Of a stretch of 64,000 nt of DNA, positions 25,003 to 36,163 are shown piece by piece. The DNA comes from Isurus oxyrinchus (lineage: Eukaryota), in contig JANJGN010000036.1 of assembly GCA_026770705.1 (NCBI GenBank), positions 2,790,001 through 2,854,000 on the forward strand. Direction: 5' to 3'. Each line of letters opens with the position of its first letter. Position 1 is the first letter of the stretch. The position numbers and the translations under genes are program-made. Under the pieces are notes generated by a model. That model had not been told where the DNA came from. It did not search any database and saw only the letters and a list, made by a program, of their open reading frames with translations.

Positions 25003-25621
25003 GGGAAGGGATCTCCCTCTACTTTTAAGGATGGAGCAGGGATCTCCCTCTATTTTAAAGATGGAGAAGGGATCTCCCTCCATTTTAAAGAGGGATAAGG
25101 GATTTCCCTCCATTATAAAGACGGAAAAGGAATCTCCCTCCATTTTAGAGATGGAGAAGGGATCGCCCTTCATATTAAAGGTGGAAAGCGATCTACCTTC
25201 ATTCTAAATATGGAGAAGGAATCCCCTCCATTTTAAAGGGGGATGAGGGATCCCCTCAATTTTATAGAGGGTGAAAGTTTCTCACTTCATTTTAAAGATG
25301 GAGAAGGGATCTCCCTCCATTTTTAGGATGGAGGAGGGATCTCCCTCCATTTTAAAGATAGAGAAGGGGTTTTCCTCGAGCTCAAAGATGGAGAAGTGGT
25401 CTCCCTCTATTTTACAGAGGGGGAAGGGACCTCCCTCCATTTCAAAAATGGAGAAAGGATTTCTCTCCATTTTTAAGATGGAAAATGGATCTCCCTTCAT
25501 TTTAAAGAGACAGAAGTGATTCCCCCTTCATTTTAAAGAGGGAGAAGGGACTTCCCCTACATTTTCAAGAGGGTGAAGGGATCTCCCTCCATCTTAAAGA
25601 TGGGAATTGATCTCCTTCCAT
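25003..25621 (+). repeat. 30-bp minisatellite array 1 (GGAGAAGGGATCTCCCTCCATTTTAAAGAT), ~20 diverged units
   Basis: Direct inspection; period ~30. Confidence 0.93.
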
Positions 25622-25904
25622 TTCCTATATTGCTCTGCTTCCCTATCTCATTCTCCCTCTCTCCCTGTTTTCTTTGCACACACACAGTCACAATCACACA
25701 GATGCATTCTCACACACACACATTCTCTCTCTTACAGACACCAATTCCCTCTTTCTCTCTCTTTCTAACACACACACCAACACCTTCACCCAGACAAACA
25801 GTCACACACATACACATACACTCTCTCTCACTCACACTCACGCACCCGCTCAGATACATTCTTCCTTACATGCACACAGATTCTCTTACAGACACCAATT
25901 CTCT

Positions 25905-26252
25905 NNNNNNNNNNNNNNNNNNNNNNNNNNNNNNNNNNNNNNNNNNNNNNNNNNNNNNNNNNNNNNNNNNNNNNNNNNNNNNNNNNNNNNNNNNNNNNNN
26001 NNNNNNNNNNNNNNNNNNNNNNNNNNNNNNNNNNNNNNNNNNNNNNNNNNNNNNNNNNNNNNNNNNNNNNNNNNNNNNNNNNNNNNNNNNNNNNNNNNNN
26101 NAAACACCTTCACANNNNNNNNNNNNNNNNNNNNNNNNNNNNNNNNNNNNNNNNNNNNNNNNNNNNNNNNNNNNNNNNNNNNNNNNNNNNNNNNNNNNNN
26201 NNNNNNNNNNNNNNNNNNNNNNNNNNNNNNNNNNNNNNNNNNNNNNNNNNNN
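25905..26252. other. Assembly gaps (two runs here; others at 27107-27259, 31219-31460, 39765-39967, 46083-46245, 51100-51237)
   Basis: Runs of N. Distances and order across them are less certain. Confidence 0.99.
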
Positions 26253-27344
26253 CACGCAAACATTCTCACACACACACATACACAAATATTATCTCTCTCT
26301 CTCTTACACAAACATTCTCCTTTCTCTCACACACACAGTCACACTCACACAAATATATTTTCTCTCTCTCACACACAAACACAAACAAAGGTGAGATGGC
26401 AGCTAACCATTGAATTGAAGGTGTGAGTCTTGTTCACAATGTGTTCAAATCTGGAAAACAGGGCTGACCCTGAAAGCACAAATTTATCAATAGCCGCATT
26501 GGGCTGCTGTGAATTAAAATACTGTTTTCTCTAAGAATGAATATATTATAAAAGAAATTGTCCTGGATGGAGTGATTCACTACCGTCTGCCACTGCATGA
26601 AGCCTTTGGCCATTTTAAGTTGGTTCGTGGTGGCAATTTTTACACCAAGTTCCAGTTTCATCACAGCAAGACTTCCTTAATATTGTAGACCAATTGATGG
26701 GACAGTGCAGAGGGAGCTTGACCCTCTGTATAACCCTGTGTTGTTCTTCTACAATATCAATATTATAACATCTTCTTGTAACATTAGGTTTCCCTGAGTA
26801 CTGAGTGTAACATTTGCAGCAGGCCAAAGTATATTATTCCTGGTGTTTGTATTGTCTGAATCCAGCTGTCAATTCTCTCCTAATATTACTAATTTTTCAC
26901 TGACAGGCAGGGGAATAGAGTTCAGCCTCTCAGTGATTTTCCAGATTTAACAATTAAAGGTTGCAAATGGGTTTTTTATGGGGGAATGTTGCAGTGATGA
27001 GGGGGGGACCTCCAAAATTTAGAGCCCCTTTGATGTCAAGGAGCGTGGAGGACAGGAGAAGGCAAAATAGGGAAGCTTATATCAGATACTGAGAGCTCAA
27101 ACACACNNNNNNNNNNNNNNNNNNNNNNNNNNNNNNNNNNNNNNNNNNNNNNNNNNNNNNNNNNNNNNNNNNNNNNNNNNNNNNNNNNNNNNNNNNNNNN
27201 NNNNNNNNNNNNNNNNNNNNNNNNNNNNNNNNNNNNNNNNNNNNNNNNNNNNNNNNNNNTTGGTGCAGCCAACCATCAGGAAGGCATATGGACTGAGTGA
27301 CTTTATTGTTAAAGAATTGGCACACATGAGCAAGGAAAAGTTTG

Positions 27345-27980
27345 ATGTGGACTATTTATAGGGAGCTTTATTCTGCAGGTACCCCATTCTCTACATGCCC
27401 TGGGAATGTTTGATGGGGACAGTTTAGAGGGAGCTTTACTCTGCATCTAAACCCATTCTGTACCCGTCCTTGGAGTGATTGATGGGGACAGTGCAGAGGG
27501 AGCTTGACTCTATATCTAACCCCATGCTGTACCTCTCCTGGGAGTGTTTGATGGGGACAGTATAGAGGGACTTTACTCTGTATCTAACCCCGTGCTGCAC
27601 CTATCCTGGGATTGTTAGATTGGGACAGTGTAAAGGGAGCTTTCCTCTATATCTAACCAATTGCTATACTTGTCCTGGGAATGTTTGATGGAGACAGTAT
27701 AGAGGGACTTTACTCTGTCTCTAACCCCATGCTGTACCTGTCCTGGGAGTGTTTGATGGGGACAGAGTAGAGGGTGCTTTACTCTGTATCTAACCCCATG
27801 CTCTACCAGTCCTGGCAGTGTTTGATGGGGACAGTGAAGAAGGAGCTTTAGTCTGTATATAACCCCATGCTGTACCAGTCCTGGGTGTGTTTGATTGGGA
27901 CAGTGTAGAGGGAGATTTACTCTGTATCTAACCCCATGCTGTACCAGTCCTGGGAGTGTTTGATTGGGACAGTGGAGAGG
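27345..27980 (-). repeat. ~69-bp satellite array, reverse orientation (also 28885-29220, 31575-32105, ~26690-26750, ~52545-52680)
   Basis: Unit gatggggacagtgtagagggagctttactctgtatctaaccccatgctgtacctgtcctgggagtgttt, period 68-69 (e.g. 27481, 27550). Confidence 0.92.
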
Positions 27981-28049
27981 GAAAAACTCCTACACGCAAA
28001 GGGTTGTGGAAGTTTGGAAAAGTCTTAACCAATTATAATTGATGCTCAG

Positions 28050-28447
28050 CTTAGAAGAATGAGGGGGAATCTGATTGAAACTTACAGAATACTGAGAGGC
28101 CTGGATAAAGTGGACGTGGGGAAGATGTTTCCATTAGTGGGAGAGAATAGGACTCAAGGGCACAACCTCAGAGTAAAGGGAAGACCTTTTAGAACAGAGA
28201 TGAGGAGAAACTTCTTTAGCCAGAGAGAGGTGAGTCTATGGAATTCATTGTCACAGAAGGCTGTGGAGGCCAGGTCATTGAATGTATTTAAGACCAAGAT
28301 CGATAGGTTCTGGATTGGTAAGGGGATCACAGGTTACGGGGAGAAGACGGGAGAATGGGGTTGAGAAAATTATCAGCCATGATTGAATGGCAGAGCAGAC
28401 TCGATGGGCCAAATGGCCTAATTTCTGCTCCTATGTCTTATGGCTTA
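28050..28447 (+). mobile_element. CR1 LINE 3' end
   Basis: MRGNLIETYRILRGLD...RNFFSQR..SLWNSL...FKTKIDRF, followed by a typical 3'UTR and tail ctcctatgtcttatg. Confidence 0.9.
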
Positions 28448-28690
28448 TAAGTCATTTTTTAATTTTCATATCTACAATAATCCTGATCTGATGCCTTTCA
28501 TAAATCCAAATATTCCTCTATTCCTCTCTGTCCCTTGCTCAGTTTGTGTATGTGTGCATGTGTGTATTTTTGTGTGTATGTGTGTGTTTGTGTGTGTGTG
28601 TGTGCCTCTTTCTGTGTGTCTGTGAGCATGTGCCTGTGCACCTCTTTCTGTCTGTATCTGTTTCAATGTGTTTCTGCCTGTGCATGTGTG

Positions 28691-28725
<35 letters not shown>

Positions 28726-29233
28726 CTGTGTGTGTATGTCTGCGTGTGAGTGTGTCCCTTTTGCTCTCTCCAACACACTGGAAGCCTTCACATACATCAT
28801 TTGGCCATTTTAAGTTGATTCATGGTGGTCATTTTCACACTAAAATTCTGTTTTTTCACAGCAAATCTTCCTTAATATTATACACAAATTGATGGAACAT
28901 TGTAAAGGGAGCCTGCCCCTCTGTATAACCCTGTAGTGTACCTGTTTTGCAGGTGTCTGTTGGAAAGTGAAGACGAAGGTTTACTCTGTTTATTACATGT
29001 GCTGCATCTATCGTGAGTGTGTCTGATGGGGACAGTGCAGAGAGAGATTTACTCTGTCTCTAACCCTGAGCGGTATCTGCCCTGGGAATGTTTGATGAGT
29101 CAGTATTGAGGGAGCTTTATCTGTGTCTAAACCCGTGGTGTGCCTTTCCTGGGAGTGTTTGAAGGGACAGTGTAGAGAGAGATTTTCTCTATTATTAACC
29201 CTGTGCTGCACCATCTCTGGGGTATTTGTTGGC

Positions 29234-29825
29234 AACATTCTCACCCAACATGAAAGCATTCCACCAAGCAGGGCTCACAAAGTGAAAATGAGTTTCCTTG
29301 TTTGATTCTCCTGGGTCTGTTCTGATTCTCTGATAGATACCTGGTGCTTATCCTCCATATGAGCAGTTGTCCTAATCCCGTGTACCTGTCCTGCTCCCAA
29401 ACACGGCATCCGAATCCAATAATGCAAGTGATACAGGAGCGTCTCAGTGAGTAAGACAGGTTAGTCTTGAGCCTGATCTGGTTGTATGTGAGTGACTCGG
29501 GTTAATCCGACACTCCAGGGACAGTTTAGACAGTTTGAGTGCTACACAACTTTGCCAGAATGAGACCTGGATTCCAAGGGTTAAATAACAAAGTGAGATT
29601 GCACATACTCGGGTTGTATTCCCTGAAATTTAGCAGCATCAGGGGTGATTTGATCAAGTTGTCACAGTATGAGCCCTTTTCCTGTGTAACAACCTTTCGT
29701 CAGACACCTTATGGATTCATTCTTGAAAATCCAAGTATCCTTCCGTCACCAGCTCTCTGTCTCTCGCTCACCATCTTGAACTGTATCTCTCTCATCATCT
29801 CTCTGTCTGATGTTTAAAATTTTAA
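29234..29825 (+). repeat. Duplicated non-coding module (copies at ~32150-32745 and partial ~56545-56805)
   Basis: Colinear similarity from acattctcacccaaca..aaagcattccac.aagcagggctcacaaa through ..gtctgatgtttaaaattt. Confidence 0.88.
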
Positions 29826-29920
29826 ACCTCTTCACAGCTGCATTCACACAATACAGACAACAATGTGTGTTAGATTTTGGAAATGCTGCAAATGTTGTCA
29901 AACTCAGCACGCAGGGAAAC

Positions 29921-30300
29921 ATCTTAAATATGGAGAAGGGATCTCCCTCCATTTTAAATATGGAGAAGGGATCTTCCTCAATTTTAACGATGGAGAAGGG
30001 ATCTCCCTCCATTTTAAAGATGGAGAAGGGATCTCCCTCCATCTTAAAGATGGAGAAGGGATCTCCCTCCATCTTAAAGATGGAGAAGGAATCTCCCTCC
30101 ATTTTAAAGATGGAGAAGAGATCTCCCTCCATTTTAAAGATGGAGAAGGGATCTCCCTCCATTTTAAAGATGGAGAAGGGATCTCCCTCCATCTTAAAGA
30201 TGGAGAAGGAATCTCCCTCCATTTTAAAGATGGAGAAGAGATCTCCCTCCATTTTAAACTTGGATAAGTGATCTCCCTCCATTTTAAGTTTGAAAAGGGA
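29921..30300 (+). repeat. 30-bp minisatellite array 2, ~12 homogeneous units with a 120-bp higher-order repeat
   Basis: 30001-30120 and 30121-30240 differ at one position and share the same GGG/GGG/GGA/GAG variant order. Confidence 0.95.
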
Positions 30301-33300
30301 TTTTTAATGTTCAGGGTTGTTCTTGCTCCATTTCGGCCCTTCTCTCTCTCTTTATCTTCCTCTCTCATTGTATGTTTTGCCTTCTCTCAACTCATCTGCC
30401 TGACTCTCTCTCTCACTACTCACCGGACCTCTTTTTCTTCTCTCACCCCTTCTCTCCCTCTCCCTCTCTTGCCATCCCTCTTCTCTCTCCCCTGTCTGTT
30501 TCTTTCTCTCTCTCTCTCATCCCAACACATTTCCTCTCTTTCACCCTGACTCTGTCTCTCTATCTCTCCATTTCCCTCTCTTGTCCTGTCTCTGTGTGTG
30601 TGTCTCTCTCTCCCTCTTGCCCAATCTTTCGCTCACATCCCACCGCTTTTTCTCTCTTGCATGTCTCTCTGTCTCTCCCTAACACTTGCCCCTTCCCCCT
30701 CTCTCACTCCTGCTCTGTCTCTCTCTCTTACCCTGTCTCATTCCTTCTGTCTCTCTCCAGCCCCTTTTCTCTGCCACCCTAAACCCTTAATTCTGTTTCT
30801 CTTTCTAGCTCACCTCACTCCTTTAGCTATCAAACCTTCCCATCTATCTGTCTCTCTCTATCACTACATCTCTTCTTCTGTCACTTAATCACGTCTCTTT
30901 AACTCTCTCCTTCACCCTGTCTCTCTGCCCCCTTTCCCTCTCAACCCGTCTCTCTGTCACTCTCTCTCTCTCACCCTGTCTCTCTGTCGCCCTCTCTCTG
31001 GCCCTGTCTCTCTCTCTCTCTTTCTCACCCATTCTCTCTCTGTCTCTCTCTCATTGTCCCTCTCCCTTTCCCTGTCCCTTTTTATCCAAAATTGGATGTG
31101 AAGATGAAGGGAAAATATTTTCAGGGTGATGGAGAAAGGGCAGAGGAGTGCATTGTACAGTATGTGTGAATGTGTCTCTGTAAGTGTGTATGTGTGTTGT
31201 TGTCAGCGTGTGTCTGTTNNNNNNNNNNNNNNNNNNNNNNNNNNNNNNNNNNNNNNNNNNNNNNNNNNNNNNNNNNNNNNNNNNNNNNNNNNNNNNNNNN
31301 NNNNNNNNNNNNNNNNNNNNNNNNNNNNNNNNNNNNNNNNNNNNNNNNNNNNNNNNNNNNNNNNNNNNNNNNNNNNNNNNNNNNNNNNNNNNNNNNNNNN
31401 NNNNNNNNNNNNNNNNNNNNNNNNNNNNNNNNNNNNNNNNNNNNNNNNNNNNNNNNNNNNTATGTCTGTCGTGTCTTCTGACGTATCTCCCAGTCTCCTG
31501 TCAATTCCTGCCCTGCCTGGTGAAGACATCTAAAGAATTCAAGTTAAATACAACCTCATTTCCCTCCCTCCCCTCTGAACTCTGTTTCTAACCCGTGCTG
31601 TCCCAGTCCTGTGAGTGTTTGATGGGGAGAGTGTGGAGTGAGATTTACTCTGTATTTAACCCCGTGCTGTACCTGTCCTGGGAGTGTAAGATGGGGACAG
31701 TTCAGAGTGCTATTTAAGATGCTTCTAACCCTTTGCTGTACATGGCCTGAGAGTGTTTGATGTGCACAGGTTAGTGGCAATTTTGCCTGTCTGTAATCCC
31801 ATGTTGTAACAGCTCTGGGAGTGTTTAAGAAGACATTGTAGGTGGAGATTCATTCTGTATCTAACACTGTGCTGCATATGCCCTGTGAGTGTTTTATCCA
31901 GGGAGGTTAACACTGTATCTAAACTCATGCTGTAGCTCTCCTGAGAGTGTTCGATGAGGACAATTTAGATGGAACTTTACTCTGTATCTAATCTCATACT
32001 GTACACGTCCTGGGACAGTTTCACAGGCTAGCTTGGACAGACAGAGCTTTCCGCTGTACCAAACCTATGCAATATATGAGCTGGGAATTTTGATGGGACA
32101 GTGTAAATGGAGAGGTCTGGGATATCTTCATGTGGAGGAGATAACATCTCACATTCTCACCCAACACAAAAGCATTCCACAAAGCAGGGCTCACAAATTG
32201 AACATGAGTTTCTGGGTTTTCTTGTTTGATTATTCCTGGTCTGTTCTGATTCTCTGATAGTTTTGTGGTGCTTATCCTCCACATGAGCAGTCGTTCTAAT
32301 CCCTGGTACCTGCTCTGCTCCAAAACACACCATCTGACTGCAATAAGGCAAGTGATACAGGGGCGTCTCAGTGAGTGAGACATGTGAATCTTGAGCCTGA
32401 TCCAGGTGTATGTGAGTGACTCCGGTTAATCCGACACTACAGGGACAGTTTAGGCAGTTTGAGTGCAATGCAGCTTTGGCAGAATGAGACCTGGATTCCA
32501 AGGGTTAAATGACAAAGTGAGGATTGCACAATCTCGGGTTGTATTGCCTGAAATTTAGCAGCATCAGGGATGATTTGACCAAGCTGTCACAGTATGAACC
32601 CTTTTCCTGTGAAACAACCTTTCGTCAGACACCTTATGGAATCCCTTTTGAAAATCCAAGTATCCATCCATCACTAGCTCTCTGTCTCTCGCTCACCCTC
32701 TGGGGCTGTATCTCTCTCACCATCTCTTTGTCTGATGTTTAAAATTTTTCTCTCACCTCATTTTGGATGTGTGGCAATAACAATTGTGAAACAATATTCT
32801 AAATCTGCTTTAACTGTATTTACTGCGCATGTTCGCAACTTGTCAGAGACAGAAAAAAAGAGAGAGAGAAGGGGAGAGGAAGACAGAGAGGGAAGGAGAA
32901 ATTGAGTTAGAAATGGAGAGGGAGAGAGAAGGGAATGAATGTGAGGGGGGAGAGAAAGAGAAAAGTACAGAGAGAGAGAGAAGGAAGTATAGACGGACGG
33001 AGAGTGAGGAGAAACTTCCATGGAAATCCCATTTTCTGATCAGTGATCTCCTTCAGAATTACAATCACATCAGTCAAACAGGATTTCCCTTTAACAAAAC
33101 TATACTGGCGTCCACTGCTCAGTTCACATTGCTGAAGACTCCATCCGCCCTATCCTTAATGACAGATTCTAAAAACTCCCCCACAAATGGCGATACACTG
33201 AGAGGTCCGTGGTTACCTGGTCGTCCTTTCCCCCGCCCCTCTTAAGCCTGTCAGATCGGAAAGATTGTGTATAGTTCCCGACACCTCATTACATAAAGCA

Positions 33301-33762
33301 TCCATTGGAAGGGGCGCAGCACAGATTAACCATCGTGTTACTGGGAATCCATGGTTTAAATTACGAGGGGGAGTTACATAGTTTGGCTTCGCTGAACTGG
33401 GGATTATTAAGGGAGGATATGAGAGAGATTTTGAGCATTTGGGAAAAAGTAAAGGGGTAAATAGAGAGAAAATACTCTCTTGATAAGGGGGACGTCCAAA
33501 ACCAGGAGACATGTCTTTAAAATTAATAAATCCAATGGGGAATTCAGGAGAAATTTATTAAACCAGAGAGTGGTTAGAATGTGGAATTCGCTCCCCAGGG
33601 AGCGGTTGAGTCCGACGCACAGACACATATTTCCCTATTTCTCTTTTATGTAATTCTATGTATTATTGCCTGAGCTGCCATTATTCTCTATCAGTCCTCT
33701 CAATGTCTCTTTAAGTGTTGAATAATAATGGAGAACTCTTAAGTTCATGGCTGTATTTCATG

Positions 33763-33921
33763 TTTATTCGGAGCTTCTGTTCACAAACACTACAAGGTCG
33801 TTGTCTAAAGAGGGAATTTATTCCCATTCTACAAGCAGAGAGAATTTACACTGGGGACAATTCGACAGGATATTTCGAGTCACAAAGTCGGACACTCATT
33901 TCACTCGCTTCCGATTTTATT
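33763..33921 (-). terminator. Candidate polyadenylation signals of the IgL transcript
   Basis: AATAAA on - at 33916-33921, 33817-33822 and 33763-33768, 150-300 nt after the C stop. Confidence 0.65.
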
Positions 33922-34066
33922 CAACATTCAGGTTGTTCGCCAAAACCTGACATTGCCACAGCCACTACATTGCAGTAAAAAAGAGGCACGTTTTGCACAC
34001 ATGGAATCTTCTGCGGAATTACAAGAAACATGAATAAATGAAACTCTTAACTCCAACAAAAGTCTC

Positions 34067-34395
34067 TCAGAGTGAGCAATCGCTGAAGCTGATGGTGTTG
34101 AGAAGGGGTGAGTTCAGGGAGCCGTGGTTGACACTGCAGGAATATCTGGAGCCCTTCTTCCAGTCAGTGGCTGGGACTCTCAGGTAACTGCTCAGGCTGT
34201 AGGTTTGATCGCTGTCCGGGGACACAACGCTTGTCCTCACTCCGCTGTCTGTCTCTTTGCCATCCACACTCCAGAGGACCCGCACGAAACCCGGCTTAAA
34301 GCCACTCACCAGGCAGGACAGAGTGGCCGAACCTGAGTCTATCTCTTTCGAAGAAGGAGGGAGAAGAAGGACGGATGGCCTTCGATCCTCAGTAC
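34067..34395 (-). CDS. IgL (sigma-cart/NS5) C: Ig light chain constant exon, sigma-cart (type I/NS5)
   Basis: Acceptor cacacag|GT ACT GAG. Encodes (S)TEDRRPSVLLLPPSSKEIDSGSATLSCLVSGFKPGFVRVLWSVDGKETDSG...YSLSSYLRVPATDWKKGSRYSCSVNHGSLNSPLLNTISFSDCSL*. C1-set Ig domain with a near-terminal Cys for the H-L disulfide, very similar to the recalled horn shark type I C. Confidence 0.96.
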
Positions 34396-35085
34396 CTGTG
34401 TGTGTGAGAGAGTACAGAAAATATATTAATATAAAGAACACTCTGACCTTGCATTTGGAGAGAGAGAGGGGAGAATGCCCCTTAACGTATAGAAAACACT
34501 GACGTGTGTGTGAGAAAGACAGGAAGAAATTCATTACTATATAGGAGGCTTTGACCTGTTTTTATCTTAGAAAGAAAGTTCATTTAAATACATAACACTC
34601 TTATCCATGTGCGCACGTGTGTGTGCGTGTGTGTGTATGTGTGAGAGAGAGAGAGAGAGAGAAAGAGACATGGAGAGATTCATTATATAGGAGGCTTTGA
34701 CCTTCCTGTGTCTTTGAAAGAAAATTCATTCAAACACATAACATTCGTATCTATGTGTGCATATGTGTGTATGTGAGAGAGAGAAAAATAAATAAGTCAT
34801 TAATATAGAGAACACTCTGACCTGTGTGTTTGTGTGCGTGTGTGAGAGAGACGGAGAGGGGAGAGAGTGAGAGAGAGAGAAAGAAAGAGAGAGTTCTGTA
34901 ATATGTAGAACACTGTTGAACTCTGCGTATGCGAGAGAGGGAGGAGAGAAAATGTATTCATATATAGAACACTCTGATCCCTGTGTGTGTGTGCACATTT
35001 TTGTGTGAGATGGAAATAGTTCATTAATATAAGGCAAGCTCTGACCTGCGCATGTGTGAGTGAGAAAAAATCTCATTAATACATA
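34396..35085 (-). repeat. Degenerate ~55-70 bp tandem array in the J-C intron
   Basis: Roughly 10 recurring units on + of the form cattaatatag(a/g)(g)aacactctgacctgtgtgtgtgagagagagaaa. The last unit supplies the C acceptor. Confidence 0.7.
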
Positions 35086-35740
35086 GATCTCGCTGATCTG
35101 AAATCGGACTGGACGCCAAAAGTCAATCACGAATCATTTTAACTTTAACTTAAATTATTGATTAATACACGTGTTCCAACAACTTCTTATTCCCATAATT
35201 CCCTGTCCAATCTTTAAATCCCTTTGCTGACATTGTAACTGTGACTAGGTGAATAATAGTTCGTTGCTTATTAATCTTTTGGGCGCCTTGGGGGGTGCTG
35301 AAGGCTCTGGAGGAAACTCAAAGAATCAGAGGCTGACCCAGCAAAATAAGAGGTCATGCGGCTCCTCACGCCTCTGCTAGTTCTTGTAAGAGCTTTCCAA
35401 GTAGTCCCACTCACCGCCTCTGCTTGCAAAGCATTGCAATTTTTCCCTTTCAAGTATATATCGACTTACACTTTTGAAAGTATCTATAGAATTTACATCC
35501 ACCTGCCTTTCTGGAAGCCTGTTCTTTCATAATTTAATTTATAATTTGACCCTGATTCTCTCGTTATTTTCTCCCGGTGCAGTTCAATTCCAAGTCTGAC
35601 TCAATTAACAATTCTGGATATAAATTGATCGGATCAAAATTTACGAAATGGGGATTTGACATCCGCTGGAGAATGATGTCGCCTCTAAATTAATAATAAT
35701 TAAAATAATGTGAGTTAGAGAGAGAGGGGGAATCACTTAC

Positions 35741-35777
35741 TCCGAACATTCAAGGTGGTCCCACCTCCGAAGATCCA
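35741..35777 (-). CDS. IgL (sigma-cart/NS5) J: Ig light chain J segment
   Basis: TGG ATC TTC GGA GGT GGG ACC ACC TTG AAT GTT CGG A|gtaagt = WIFGGGTTLNVR. FGxG motif, perfect donor, and phase 1 matching the C exon. Confidence 0.95.
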
Positions 35778-35816
35778 CACAGAGCGGTGGTGCAATCGGA
35801 CGGGTCATCTGAAACT
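35778..35816 (+). promoter_or_regulatory. J recombination signal sequence, 23-bp spacer (degenerate nonamer)
   Basis: Read away from J on +: CACAGAG (35778-35784), 23-nt spacer, TCTGAAACT (35808-35816) versus consensus ACAAAAACC. Confidence 0.82.
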
Positions 35817-36002
35817 CAGGCTGCGGGGAAAAGTACAGGATGAAATATTAATAACCTCTCTTTTATCACATTCCCTGTCACATTCTGCCTTTCACATGGG
35901 CTAGAACACAGAGAACAAGAGAGATATTTCAAAAATAGCGTGAAACCCTGATAATAGTCATCGTTACTGACCAGGGTAATATTGAGAACCGCTATTGAGA
36001 AA

Positions 36003-36012
36003 ATGCAAATTA
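36003..36012 (-). promoter_or_regulatory. Second decamer/octamer between V and J
   Basis: TAATTTGCAT on - (ATGCAAAT at 36003-36010 on +), ~225 bp upstream of J. Function is inferred only. Confidence 0.5.
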
Positions 36013-36135
36013 ACCCTTGGAATCTCAGTTAAATTTCTCAAGAACTTACACAAGGAACACTTTGGAAGTTGATGACATATTCTCGGCCAGGAACACTGCA
36101 GCTGCTGTTGTAATTCTGAGCGGTTTTCTACATAC

Positions 36136-36163
36136 AGTTTTTGTATGGCTCTGTCTCACTGTG
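36136..36163 (-). promoter_or_regulatory. V recombination signal sequence, 12-bp spacer
   Basis: On the - strand: CACAGTG, 12-nt spacer AGACAGAGCCAT, then ACAAAAACT. Perfect heptamer, nonamer 8/9. Confidence 0.96.

Noticed and set aside
25573-26426. ORFs spanning N runs (also at 27.1, 31.2, 39.8, 46.1 and 51.1 kb)
   Set aside because: Their length comes from assembly gaps.
29746-30368. ORFs of (MEKGSPSILK)n / (MEGDPFSIFK)n on both strands; also a CRISPR-like look
   Set aside because: The 30-bp unit is stop-free in several frames, so the ORFs are artefacts. There are no unique spacers or cas genes, and the DNA is eukaryotic.
34396-34534. N-terminal extension of the C ORF (MNFFLSF...), and likewise MNIFFCLFLIE of the V ORF
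   Set aside because: Intronic read-through upstream of clear AG acceptors. The real leader and J exons were identified separately.
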